A stretch of 47,504 bases of DNA from Emiliania huxleyi CCMP1516 (GCF_000372725.1 NW_005201493.1:28092-75595); one strand, 5' to 3'; numbered from the stretch's first letter, positions 33,319-45,306 are shown. Program-made: numbers and translations. Notes: generated by a model not told the origin, from the letters alone.

Positions 33319-34263
33319 CTAGGAGAGCGCAACCAGTAGGAGGCCCGCGCCTGCCCCCGTGCCGCCGGGTGCAACCTGTCCTATACGAGAGAGGAATCCC
33401 TGGGACCCTGTCGTGTGGGTCGTGAACCCTGCCCAGCCCCCCTCCGTGTCGCGATGCGCTCCCCGCTCCCGTTCCCCTGTGTCCCTGATCGTCCTTACAA
33501 GATCCTGCTCGTGCACCGCCGCCTCGTCCATCTCCGGCTGCGGGTGGTCGATGAGATGCCGTGCGAGCTTCAACAGCTGATGTCCAAGTGCCGTCCGTGA
33601 CTCCATCGTCTCCTTCGACAAGTTGATAGTCACCATGGAGAGCGCCTCGACGACCCAGTCGAGGTCGACGTCCATGTCCATGTCGCTGCCCGCCGCGTCG
33701 GCGGCGCTTGAGCTTGCGGCTCCGCTCGGCGCAGCGACTGCAGAGCTGAAGCGGCCGCTGCGTGGCCTCACCGCCACCATCTTCTCGTCCTTCCAGAACG
33801 AAAGCCGCAGCCGCGTCGCGTTAGCGTCAAATTGATACGACGGGTGCGACTGTGGTGACGGCACTGCCCACTCAGGCTCGGGGGTACCGCAGCCAGGGCG
33901 AAGCAGCACCAGCCCGAAAGGTGCAAAAGCGTCCTCGTAAACCAACTCTGTGACTTTGGTTGCCTTTCGAGTCGGCTCGTAGCGTTCGTTGCAAAGACAG
34001 AACTGGAAGTGTCCAATCGAAGGCTTGCTCCTGCGAAAGCCTCCGAGAGTACCACCCTTGTCAGGCAAGCACGATTTGGCATCGGCAGACGGGACGCAGC
34101 GCACGTACTGCAGCTCAACGAAGAATCCTGCTGGTCCCTTGCACGATGTGCAGAGGTACTTCTGGAACAAGGTTTCGCCCTTTTCGAGACTACCGTCGCA
34201 GCCCGCGCCGAGAAGCCTGCCGAGACAGACGGGCGGCGCCGACGGGCTCTTGCGCGTCGACAT
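33319..34263 (-). CDS. Hypothetical protein (Cys-containing N-terminal half)
   Basis: Long ORF with balanced amino-acid composition from MSTRKSPSAPPVCLG; no family recognised. Confidence 0.35.
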   Translation of the reverse strand: MSTRKSPSAPPVCLGRLLGAGCDGSLEKGETLFQKYLCTSCKGPAGFFVELQYVRCVPSADAKSCLPDKGGTLGGFRRSKPSIGHFQFCLCNERYEPTRKATKVTELVYEDAFAPFGLVLLRPGCGTPEPEWAVPSPQSHPSYQFDANATRLRLSFWKDEKMVAVRPRSGRFSSAVAAPSGAASSSAADAAGSDMDMDVDLDWVVEALSMVTINLSKETMESRTALGHQLLKLARHLIDHPQPEMDEAAVHEQDLVRTIRDTGERERGAHRDTEGGWAGFTTHTTGSQGFLSRIGQVAPGGTGAGAGLLLVALS

Positions 34264-35360
34264 ATAGTGATCGTGATCGGTGGAAGGGACGACCGACCGC
34301 GCGCTGGAGGGTACGAGCAATGTCGCGAGGTCTCTTGCTATTACGCCGGGGCGGGCGCCCCGGGAAAGAGACCTGCGACGTATCGGTCTCATACTCGCAC
34401 CCCATCTCCGTCGAAATTTTCTTTTCTTTTCCATCTATTTTCATCACTTCGGATAGTTCCCCGCTGTGGAAGTTACAGCCGCAAGTGTCACGCGCCAACC
34501 GCAACTGTACATGTCGCCCCCCTCCCCCGGGCGCTGGCTGCCAGGCGGCAGCGTCGCCGAGGCGCCCCTGAGGAGCGTGTGCACGGAGGGCGAAGCCACG
34601 CAGCTAGTGGCTGACCTACGCGATATGCAGCTAGCCGGTCGCCTGCCGATTGCTCTTGCCACCGTGCACGACGCGGCAAAGAAGGCTCGACGCGACTTGG
34701 CAGACAAGGCTCGGCGCGACACAGCGGAGAAGAAGCCGGCATTCCTGTCGCCGCGCCGGATGGCTCTGAATGCTGCTCAGAGGCGGGCGGACGCCGCGAA
34801 AGACAAGGCAGCCAAGAAGACGAGTGCACCGGCTCCGTCCCGCTCCCCAACGGCCTTCTTTCGGAAGCGCGCGACGATGCAGGTCAACTGCATGGACCCG
34901 CGCGTGTGGAACTGAGCAGGCGTGTCCGTATGCGGAGCTTGGAGCGTCCCCGCAGCTGCTAGCCGTGCAAGCTGTCGGACATTGAGTGTGGGCGCCAGCG
35001 GCGCCGCGTAGTCGCACCCACGGGTAGTGCGCACCGCCACCGCCCAGGCCCCAGCGCCCACACCGGCCACCGGCTCTTCGACCCTCTGGCACTGCTCCGC
35101 GCGCGTGTGGCCGGATAATCTCATCGGAACGACCGAGACGGATGCCAGAGAGCAGAGTGCACAGTCTGCATGAGTCTCGCGTGTGCGCGCCACACGTGTA
35201 CTGCGGCAGCCGACGCGTATAAGTTACCTGGCGTCCGTGAAATGCGGCGCCTTACTTCGTGTGGTCAGCGCGACCCGCGCGGCTATCCCGCAACGGGCGG
35301 GCAAGCAGCCGGAGGCGCGCGAGTCGCTGTGCGTGTCATCTGCTCCGCCCCCAAGTACTC

Positions 35361-38300
35361 TCAGGCCATGTACTCCTTGAAGACCTCGTTCTCCGTCTCG
35401 TCAAAGTAGGTGACGCCTACAGCACACCGCCTCGCACGTGGAGCGGCCGTGGCCCACGCAACGCCTCCCCCGGGCAGCAGCCGCCGAGTCCGTCGAGCAT
35501 GGCGTCAAAGTCGCCGTGCTTGTTAGCGGGCCTACGATGTGCCAGACGCGTCCCGGACATGTCCTTCGGCGCCTCTTCCTCCCGCGGCGCTGCAGCCGCA
35601 CATCTTGACGCCGGCGAGCACCTTCCCGACCTGCCCGCCGTGGTTGCGGTAGTGCAGCAGCGTGAGGAACATGTCGGGCGTGAGCGCCGACAGGAAGGCG
35701 GCGAGTGAGCCTGTTCACAGGCGCGTACCGTGGGCAGGGGCTCTTCACAGCGTGAGGCAAGGACGTGTGGAGAGCGAGCCCGAGTGCTCCGGGAACTCGA
35801 AGCGGATCAGCCGCTCGCCAGCCAACTCACCGGGCCGCGCGCCTGAAGCAACCCGCGTCACTCTCATCCGCAAGCCTCCGCCGCACCGCCCCCCCGCCTC
35901 TCTCGCCAGGGCAGCGCACCGGCCAGGTAGCGCGCGTGCGTCTTCGCCATCTCGTTGGCCGTCACGTCGGAGCCGTGCACCTTGACGAGGTGCGGCCGAG
36001 GTCGGGGTGGCGGTGGGCAGGCCTTGAGGCGGCGGCGAGGGCGGGAGGGCGGCGGCGAGGGCGGGAGGGCGGCGGCGAGGGCGGGGCGCGCGGCACCTCA
36101 ATCTTGCGCAAGTCGTCGAGGAGAGCGCGNNNNNNNNNNNNNNNNNNNNNNNNNNNNNNNNNNNNNNNNNNNNNNNNNNNNNNNNNNNNNNNNNNNNNNN
36201 NNNNNNNNNNNNNNNNNNNNNNNNNNNNNCGTGGTCGGCCGCTCGAGCGACATGTACACGACGGCATCCTTCGACGGCTCGTGCCGGAAGATGAACTCGG
36301 TCACCTGCGCGGCGGCAGAGGGCGGGCGTAACGAGGCGCCGTCCTCCCGCCTCAAGGCGGAGGAGGGAGCGCGGCGGGCACCCAGCGAGGCTGCACCGCC
36401 TTGTACACCTCGTAGAACATGCCGCTGCGGTCGGGCATCTTGAGCGCGTACAGCCGCTCCGTCTGCTCGCCTACTCCTCGGACCAGCCTCGGCTCAGCCT
36501 CGGCGGAGCCCTCCGATGGCCCGGGCAGCCCGGGTCCGCGTCGCCGTACGAGGCTCGCTCCGAGATGAAGCGCAGGATGTCGAACTCGATACAGCTCGCG
36601 TCGCTAGAGATGACGACGTAGTTGCCTGTCCACACACACACGCCGCCCAGTCAAGGACGCGGCGCCTCGCCACGGGGAGGGGAGGGGGACGGCAAGCTCA
36701 CCGCGCGAGGCGCCGCCTGCCGCGGCGGGCCGCGTCGCGAGCCAGCGCTTCAGGCCTGCGACGGAGATGGCGCCGGCCGGCTCGAGCATTGCGCGTGTGT
36801 CCTCGAAGCAGTCGCGGACGGCGGCGCAGATCTCGTCTGTCGAGACGGTCACCTGGAGGAGGGGCCCGAGACGCGTCCGAGAGGTGTCCGTGACCTCGGG
36901 CGGATCTCCCGTCCCTCGAGACAGCCACCACGTCGTCGACGAGCGAGTCGCACAGCCGGAAGACCTCCGAGCCGAGCTGCTGCACCGCCGCGCCTACTTT
37001 GTCCGCTGGCGTGAGGAGAGGATGTCCAGAGGCTGAGAGGCGAGCTGCCGCGCCGCCGCGCCGTCCACGAAGTGGGACGGCTCGGAGAGCTTCGGCCGGT
37101 GCCCGGCGAGCAGCGAGCGCTGCATCAAGTTGTTCTCCTCCGGCTCGACTCCGATGACCTTGGTGCCTGCTCGAGGCAGTGCCGCGGCGTGAGGCGGGCC
37201 CCCTCCCGCCTCGCGGCCGCCTCTCGGACAGCGTCGCTCGGACCGGGCATGAGCTGCTTGACGATGGCCGCGACGCCGGCGATCAGAGAGCCCCCGCCCG
37301 TGCAGACGAAGATTGCCTGCAGGGAGGCTCCGAGACGGCTCCGAGAAGGCTCCTCGAGGGGGCCTCCGCCGCCGCGCAGACGAAGAGTGCGTCGAGCGAC
37401 TGGCCAGTGCCGGGCGGCAGGTGGCCGTTTGCCCGGGCGACCGCCTCCGCCGCGCCGCGCATCGCGTGCGGCGCGATTCCGTTTGAGAAGCGGCCGGTGC
37501 GGCTTAGGGCGCGCTTCTGCTGCATGAGCGGGTCGAGGGCCGCAGAGTGCTGCCGGACGATCTCGAGGCCGCAGGTCGCGTTGCCGGAGATGACCCGCAC
37601 GTCGTCGTGCAGGTGGCAGAAGACGGCGCCCCCGTCCTCGCGCGCGAGCCGCTGCGCCTCGCGCTTCGCATCCTCGAGACCGGAGCCGTGTATCACCTGC
37701 GCAGTGCGGCGCCGGCTCAGTCTCGGCTGCGTCTCGGCTCCGGCTCCGGCCCGCGGAGGAGAGCGGCACCACGTTCGCGCCCGCGCGCTCGATCTGCGAG
37801 CGCCGCTGGCGCGGCGTCCGCTCGGGCAGCACGATGGTTGCCTGCATGCCTGGGGAGATATGAGGGAGATATGGGGGAGATATGGGAAGATAGGGGGAGA
37901 TATGGGTGGCCAGGACGGGAGGGCGGGTGGCGTGGTGGAGGGAAGAGCCGGCGCCGGAGGGCTGGGACCGGGCGTGGGAGAACGGGCGGTGGTGGCAGTG
38001 GGAAGCGGTCGATGGCGACGCCGTCCGGCCGTGGACCGAGCATGGCCCTCTCGGCCGCATCTAGGCGAGCGGTGCCCAGCGCAGAGGCGGCGACGGCAAG
38101 GGAGTGGCCCTGTCCGCCGACGGAGTAGGTGACAACGCTGGTCGCGCCTGCAGGAAGGCGTGGCGGTGGGCGTGTGGCGCGGTCTGGCCTGGGCGCCGGT
38201 GGGCAAGGGGGTGGGGGCTGCTCGCGCCCTCGCGACGCACGGAGTCGAGAAGGTTGAAGGCGCCTACGGCGGCAGCAGCCAAATAAGCCTCGCGGATGCG

Positions 38301-38765
38301 GATGGCGGAGAGGGCAGAGATCCCTCCGGCCATCATGGTTGGCCGTCTCTCTCGGCTTCACCTCGGCTGGAACCGCCTGCATCTCTCGGCCGGAAAATTA
38401 AATCTCGGCCGCCGCATCTCGGCTAGTTTCGCCGCACCGCGGATCTTGTATGAGAAGGACGGCAGCAGGTCCTCGCGCTTGAAGTGCACGCAAGCGCCGA
38501 GGCGGTGAGAGAGGCCGGGAGCATACTGCAGCGGCGAAGCGGTGACGAGGTCGTACACCCGCGACGTCAGTGCCAGCCGCACGTAGTCGGGAGCCGAGTC
38601 CATCGACTCCAACTGCTCGCCATCTCCGAGCGCCGGCGCACGCGTCTCCTCGCGCGGCAGGTTCTTGCGCTCCTGCAGCTTCGCCAGTGGCACGCGTATC
38701 CGATACGGCAGGCCCGCGCCGCTGCTAATGCGCCGGTGCGGCCCGCGAAGGCGGGCCAGCTTCAT
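35361..38765 (-). CDS. ilvA: Biosynthetic threonine deaminase-like protein (IlvA architecture: PALP + two C-terminal regulatory domains), many introns, spans a gap
   Basis: DYVRLALTSRVYD..SPLQ..HFKREDLLPSFSYKIRG|AFN; GNATCGLEIVRQ; VSTDEICAAVRDCFEDTRAMLEPAGAISVAGLKRW; ERLIRFEFPE; LLHYRNHGGQVGKVLAGV; DETENEVFKEYM. Confidence 0.85.
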
Positions 38766-39139
38766 TGAGTCGCAAACGACGCGTGCGTTCGGAGCTCAGC
38801 CAGGAGGCGGAAGCCGAAAAGAAATGCAGACCGGTACTACGAAGGTACACCACGGGATCCAAAAGAAACGTGAAGGCCGCGGATTCTTCCTGCTCACGTG
38901 AGAGAGGGCAAGGGAGGACCGGGCGCTGGCATACCAGGGGCAGGGTGGTGGGCGGCGACCGCCGCATACCGTCCTACAGCGGGGACTATCGCTACGCCAG
39001 GGAAGACAAGGACGTCGAAGTGCAGCTGCTGCTGTTCTCGACTGTTCGGCGGGTTCGGGAAGGGGGTCTCCGCGAGACCCGGCCAGGCCAGCGGAGTTGC
39101 GGCGACCCTAGTTGCGCGGCCTATGCCCGCAGTGCGCAG

Positions 39140-39454
39140 ATGAAGAAACCTCTCTCCCGCTCTACATTCTCTGACCCAGTGATCTCGACGGACGACAGCG
39201 AGGACTGGAACGATGAAGACGGCGAGAGCTCCGCCGATCCGGGCACCTGGCAGAAGGCGGACGAGGCGATCCTTCAGCAACGCAAGATGCGCAAAGCAAA
39301 GATGCCAACAGCCAGCGGAGCTAGTCTGCTAGGCGGCGCGGCCGGTCGGTCCCTCCAACTTGCGAACCCGTTTGCGGCGCCTGCGCCCAGGACGATGCTC
39401 GACACGTACGAAGGGAACGTTGAAAGGGCTGCCGAAGCACTGGCTTCCGCATGA
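39140..39454 (+). CDS. Short ORF with Nup50/Nup2-like N-terminal motif and a CUE/UBA-like end; probable gene fragment
   Basis: Acidic tract then PGTWQKADEAILQQRKMRKAK, followed by ANPFA and MLDTYEGNVERAAEAL. Confidence 0.45.
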   Translation: MKKPLSRSTFSDPVISTDDSEDWNDEDGESSADPGTWQKADEAILQQRKMRKAKMPTASGASLLGGAAGRSLQLANPFAAPAPRTMLDTYEGNVERAAEALASA

Positions 39455-39729
39455 CGTCTTGACGTCTGTACGGTACGTTGCGATTATCTTGTACTGTAGT
39501 ATGATCGTATAGAGTATGTCGAGAACGGTTCGTTTTTCTTTTTCTTGCGGGCCGGGGCTGCCGACTGAAGTGCCGACTGTCACTCTGCCGGTATATTACT
39601 GCCTTCGCGCGGTGAGAGGCCCAATAGGCAGCAGAGCTGGGATGCTCCTGGCTGCCCGAAGAGTGCCCGGGGCGAACTGGGGTGCACAGTGGCTGGACCG
39701 GGTGTGAGTGCTTCTGCTGCCTCTGCGGG

Positions 39730-39925
39730 CGTTCCAATTGCGGAGATGGAGCGATCCCCTCTGGAAGGCGGCGGACGTGCTACAGAACAAGCTGACGCGG
39801 GCCCAATACCTCGATGAGGTGACTTGGACCACTAGATCTAAGAACTGGCTGGGGCTGCAGCAGCAGCGTATCTCGGTCGTTCTTCACACGGCAATCGCAG
39901 AGCAGATTGTGAACGAGCTTGCCTG
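39730..39925 (+). mobile_element. Possible C-terminal remnant of an RLE-type (CRE/R2-like) non-LTR retrotransposon ORF
   Basis: TWTTRSKNWLGLQQQRISVVLHTAIAEQI resembles the QRISVAL-type terminal helix of these ORFs. The match is short. Confidence 0.3.
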
Positions 39926-40230
39926 CGTGCGGCTGGCGGGGGCGGGCGGGTGCACGGAGCTAAGTGCCTCGCCGCCCTCGCGGGAGTCGCTTGGCGGCTC
40001 CCGTAGTGTACCCGTGTTAGTGCCAGTGCGCGCCAGTCCCGTGCCCAGTGTCGTGCGAGGCGGCGTTGTAAATTCTTTTTCCTCAAGCAACGTCGCCCGG
40101 CCCTTGCCGGCGTTCGTTTCGCGGCCGCCGGTTTTTGACTCGTCAGAGCGCGTCCGTGCCTCGCGGCGGCTGGGTCACGAGACATAGCCCACGCTGATTC
40201 GAGGCGAGAGCCGAGCGCCACGCCCTTTTC

Positions 40231-41138
40231 ATGGTTGCCTCCCTCCTGGGCTTCGCCGCGCTCCTTGGCTTCAGCCCGCGCCCGCAGCCTCCCTCCAGCT
40301 ACGATTATGACTACGACAGCTATGATCCCGGACCCGTCGACAGCAACAGGTCCCAACAACTAGGCCAGTTCGTCAACGGCAGCACACAGCGGCTGGCTCG
40401 GTCTGCGAGCGGCAGCACACAGCGGCTGGCTCGGTCTGCGAGCGGAGGCTCTCAGCCGCCTGCGCATTGCCTCACCTTCGACGATGTTGCGGAGAAGTGG
40501 TTTCAGGCGTACGAGCAGCTTGCATCAGATGACGGCCACGACGTCTGCGTGAACAACAGGCTTCGAAAAGACATGAAGAAGATGTGTCTCCCTGCGTTGG
40601 CGATCGCTGTGAGCGAGTCTTACGACATCGGCCAGTGCACTATCTCCGCCGGCGCGCCGTTCGACTCGTCCGCATGCAATGGCGGTACGATGTGCGGTGT
40701 CTGGCAGATCGTCGGCTGCTATCAGCCGCTGTGCCTGCCAGGCTTCACCGCCGACGTTCCCAACCCACCGGACGTCGCGACTCACGCCAAGGCCATCTAC
40801 ACGCACCTGACCAGCTCCGAACCAAATTGGGGTTGCAACGGCGAGTACTCCGGCAAGCTGACCTCGGCGACCATCCCGGGCATCCGGCAGAAGCAGCGCC
40901 TAGACGGCTCGAAAGGGCACCGCTTCTGCGCCGGGGCATGTACACGCCGTCACACGGCCCTCGGCCCACTGCCCGAACACCTCTGTCCACACCGATAACA
41001 GTCTTCGCGCTCGTTGCCTCAGGGACGGGCGGCAACTATAAAAACAATGTGCTCAACCGGGTCGACGGGAAGTTCAAAACCCTCAAGAAAGCGTGCAACC
41101 GGGCACTGAAAAGAGTGCTGCGCAGCAGCCAGTGTTAG
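40231..41138 (+). CDS. Secreted Cys-rich protein with lysozyme-like/lytic transglycosylase (SLT-like) motifs; one intron at about 40935-41021
   Basis: Signal peptide MVASLLGFAALLGF; ALAIAVSES...FDSSACNGGTMCGVWQI; 33-bp tandem duplication encoding GSTQRLARSAS. Confidence 0.6.
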
Positions 41139-41383
41139 AAGTCAAGAGGTGCCCCGGGAGGTGGGCCAGTGTTAAGAGGGCTGCCGGGGCGATATGGGAG
41201 TGAAGGACGACAAAGTCTCTCCACCTTGCAGGGAAAAGGGAGAAGAGGAGTCGGGGAGGGTCTCAAGAAGAAGCGTCGTCCCCGCAGCGCGCCGCGAGAG
41301 CCGAAGCGACGACGCCTGAGGGCCTGACCCTAGGCCTGACCAGCAAGCACGCGCGCGCGATTTCTTTTGCGAGCTCAGCAGAG

Positions 41384-42025
41384 ATGGCTCGGAGCGTCTC
41401 CTGCTTGCTGCTCGGCCTCTTGGCCAGCGCCAGCGCGCTTTCGCTCGGCGCGCGGACTGCCCCGGCGGCCGCCGCCCGCGGCTGCCCGACGATGATGGCG
41501 GCCGCTGCCTTCCGCACTGGCGACATGGTCAAGATCCTTTCGGGAGACGACAAGGGCGCCGTCGGAAAGGAGCGCCCGACGCCCCGCGCAAGCCGGCCGC
41601 GCCTCCGCTCGCGTGCGAGGCTGGGAGGCAAGACCTCACCGACGTCCCATTGCACGCGCAGGTCATCTCGCTCGACCGGAAAACGAACAAGGTTGTCGTC
41701 GAGGGAGTCAATGTGCGCGCCACACAGCTGCGTCCACATCGCCTGACTCTGGGCACCTGGCCAGCTCGCCGCTTCGTCCACCACCCGCTATCGCCACCCA
41801 CGATCGCCGCCGATCAGCGCCACAGCACCACGAATCAGCCGCCGCCGCGCGTTTCCCTCACCCTCATCGCCACGGGCACGGCAGGTGCGCACCAAGCACG
41901 TCAAGCCGATGAAGGAGGGCGAGCAGGGCCGGCTGCTCAAGCGCGAGGTCGCCGTGCACCTTTCCAACGTCGCGCCGTCCGATGAGCCCGCGCCGGCGGA
42001 GGCTGCAGCGCCGGCCGCCGAGTAG
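41384..42025 (+). CDS. rplX: Nucleus-encoded plastid 50S ribosomal protein L24; introns 41570-41661 and 41713-41884
   Basis: Signal and transit leader, then FRTGDMVKILSGDDKGAVGK|VISLDRKTNKVVVEGVN|VRTKHVKP..EQGRLLKREVAVHLSNV. Confidence 0.92.
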
Positions 42026-42080
42026 AGTCTACACACCTACCAGGACATTATTACTTGTCTCTCTCTTCCCCGCGCGCGGG

Positions 42081-42287
42081 TAAATAAATAAATAAAACGG
42101 ACACCTCTACTAGGAGATGGGTAAAAAGGAACAGGTCCCCGCCCTTGCGATCTTTGTGCAGGGTTCTTTGTGGGTGTGGTCGGCGACTAGCCGGGGTCGT
42201 CCTCCCGAATGGGGGAACAATCTGGCCCTGTCTTCCCCTTTGCCCTCCGTTTATCCCTTCCCTCCCTCCGCGGGTTTCCCCTTAGGG
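42081..42287 (-). mobile_element. Another copy of the (TTTA)n-tailed retroposon family, running into a gap
   Basis: The first 72 bp match 30874-30945. Confidence 0.7.
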
Positions 42288-42610
42288 NNNNNNNNNNNNN
42301 NNNNNNNNNNNNNNNNNNNNNNNNNNNNNNNNNNNNNNNNNNNNNNNNNNNNNNNNNNNNNNNNNNNNNNNNNNNNNNNNNNNNNNNNNNNNNNNNNNNN
42401 NNNNNNNNNNNNNNNNNNNNNNNNNNNNNNNNNNNNNNNNNNNNNNNNNNNNNNNNNNNNNNNNNNNNNNNNNNNNNNNNNNNNNNNNNNNNNNNNNNNN
42501 NNNNNNNNNNNNNNNNNNNNNNNNNNNNNNNNNNNNNNNNNNNNNNNNNNNNNNNNNNNNNNNNNNNNNNNNNNNNNNNNNNNNNNNNNNNNNNNNNNNN
42601 NNNNNNNNNN

Positions 42611-43099
42611 CCGGAACTCGAACCGGCTCGCCGGGTCGACGTAGCGCTGGAAGCCGGGCCCGTAGTCAAGCCCACCGGCAGAGTACGGGTAGAACCGCTG
42701 GTCCGATATGGGGTAAAAGGTGTCGAGCCGGCGCGCGCGTGCTGCCTCGGGCGCGAGAGAGAGCAGGAAGGAGCCAGAGCCCCAGAGGTTCAGAGCGGGA
42801 GCAATCAGGGTCGCGCCCAGCGCGGGAAGCAGCGCACGGCGAGGCCGAGGACCCAGCAGCCAGAACCACAGAGGCAGCGGCTCGTCGTCGGAGAAGCGGC
42901 CGGCGCCACTCCAGTTCGAGCTGTAGTTCGGCGCTTCGCCCTCGGCGGTCGCCGGCTGCTGCGAGGCCGGAGGCTCCGGCTGCGCGCCTGGCGGCGGCGA
43001 GCACAGTCTGCCGCCACGCGCGCGGAGCCGAGGCGGCCGCGCAGCGGCGGCGCCGCCGGGAATGAGCGAGGTGGCGGCTGCGGCGAAGATCGATAGCAT
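42611..43099 (-). CDS. PsbP-domain protein (PPD7-like), 5' part; the rest lies in the gap
   Basis: Plastid leader, RRALL twin-Arg-like motif, NLWGSGSFLLSLAPEAARARRLDTFYPI..GFQRYVDPASRFEFR. Confidence 0.65.
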
Positions 43100-43442
43100 A
43101 TGGTGTTTTCGGAGAGGGGGTTGTGTTCTCTAGGCCCCTAAGGGCCCTGCGCGCGGCGTCGGAAGCGAGCTTGTTGCACGATCAAAAATGCCAAGCGCTG
43201 GAGGATCCGATGGAGACGCGGATCCGCGGTTTTAGGTTCGTTCTTTAGCAGATCAAGGCACAGAGCTCACACAAATCGCGTGGTGTACAAATGAGAGACG
43301 AGAAGTTTGGAGTGCACGCGGTGCGGTCAACGCCGGAGCGTTGAGCCTTGCGCGCGAGGAGGTTCATCTTTGTGGTAAGATGTTCTTATCTTCTTTTTCT
43401 TCGCCCGGCTGGGAAACTTCCAAGCACATTTGCCTTTGCGCC

Positions 43443-45306
43443 ATGAGATCCCGCTCTGGGGTCCTGCTCGCCTTCGCCACTGCCGCCGCTGCCTTCGCGC
43501 CGGCCCGGCTGCAGCAGCCTCGGCTCTCGTCCGCGACCGCGCCAGCCCTCTTGCCGGCGCGGCCGCTTGCTGCGACGCGGCCGCTTGTTGCGACGCGACC
43601 AGCTCGGCATGCGCAGCCTGCAATGTTCCTCGGCGTCCGCAAGGCGCTGATCTCGGTGCCGGTGCTGTACGTGCTGATGAGCCTCAACGAGTACGCCACC
43701 CACCGCTGGTATCAGCACGAGGAGTTTAACCGCAACCACGCCTTCAACCGGTGAGCCACTTCCGAGACACCTCTGGCACACGCCTGCGACACCCACCACA
43801 ACCACGGACGTGACGATCCGACGAAAGCCGCCGCCCACCTCCCTCCGCTCCCGCCCCGTCGCGCAGCTTCTTCCAGCGGCTGCTGTCGGTGCTCAAGAAC
43901 AGGCCGATGCGGCTGCCGGACGGGAGGGCCAACCTGGTCAAGCTCAAGGGCGGGGGACACGTCGAGGCGCGAGACACAGCCGAGAGAGAGAGGGCCGGGA
44001 TCGCCTCGACCGGGATCGCCTCGACCGCGCCAAGGGCAGCCGCCGTGTCGAGACGCGCAGTCGATCCTGTTCGCGCTTGCTTGCGCCGCCCCGCCGCCGC
44101 CGCTGCTCACCGCCGCCGCTCACCGCCGCCTGCGCTCTCGCCTCCGCTGGCTCTGCTCCCCCGGCCTCACCGGTGCCGCCCCCGCCGCCGCGCAGCACCA
44201 CGCCGAGACGTACGACGACATGTCCCTCAAGAAGGACAAGCGCTGGCGGCAGACCAAGGCGAACAGCCCTCGGGACTCGGGTGTCTGCTGGGCTGTCGCT
44301 TGGATGCGTCCGTGACGCATCCAGCGACGCTGGCCACAGGCGGCCGCTTCGCTCGACTCGGACATTGCTCGCGGCACCGCCTTCTCGTGGGCGGTCACCG
44401 GGATGATGACGGTCCAGGTGCGGGAGGCACTTCCAGTCACGTCCAGCGCACGCACGCAACCCACCGCGAGGGCGGTGCACCCTCTTGGAGCCTCGTGGAG
44501 GGCTCGAGGGGTCGGAAAGAGGCTCCCGTCTCCGCTGCAAGAGTCGCTCGCGGCAACCGGCCGCAGCCGCACTGCCGTGTGTCTCTCACCCACCTTTGTG
44601 CGCAGATGCTGCCGAGCGCGCTGCCCCGGGTTTGCGCTGCTCCGAATTGAACTGCTCGAGAACCTTGCAGTGCTTCTGCCGGGCATGCTGGTGCCGCGCC
44701 GCCGGGTGCGGGGCATGCTCCAACCGCGGGGCCTCTTCACGGCTCTGAGTGTGGACAGGTGCACGCGCTGGTGTGGAACATGCTCCACCCGCCCATGCAC
44801 GGCTTGCCGCCAGTCAAGCTGAAGTATGGCGCGCCGCGCTCGTCTCCTCTGGCGCATGCCCCGCCACACCGCGGACTGAGGGGAGGTGCGCGGTGGCGGT
44901 GGTTAGGCGCGCCTAGCTGGCCGCTGGAGGGGCTGCGCGACACGGCCTACTTCAAGTACATCTACGAGAACCACCAGGGCCACCACGTCCTCGGCGGCCA
45001 GGCCAACTACAATGTGCGCACGCCCAGCGCCGCCCACGCGCCTCGTGCCCCGCCGCGACGGCGCGTCACGCGGAGCGGCTGTCTCGCCAGGTCTGCTGCC
45101 CGCTCACCGACCACCTGCTTGGCACGTACGTCCCGACCGCCACGTGGGTCAAGCGGATGCGTAAGGTGCCCGGCCCCGAGGGCGAGCGGTGGGGCATCCC
45201 GGTCGAGCCGAAGGGCGTGCCGCAGGCGCCGATTATTGCGGCAGGCAAGGCCACCGAGCGGGACTTCACGCCGACCGCGCTCCTCAACGCGCCCGAGCCC
45301 GCCTGA
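43443..45306 (+). CDS. Plastid-targeted membrane His-box di-iron protein (fatty-acid hydroxylase/carotene-hydroxylase superfamily), multi-exon
   Basis: Leader ending AAAAF-AP; EYATHRWYQH; HVE|HH; WNMLHPPMH; NHQGHHVLGGQANYN|VCCPLTDHLLGTY. Confidence 0.75.
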
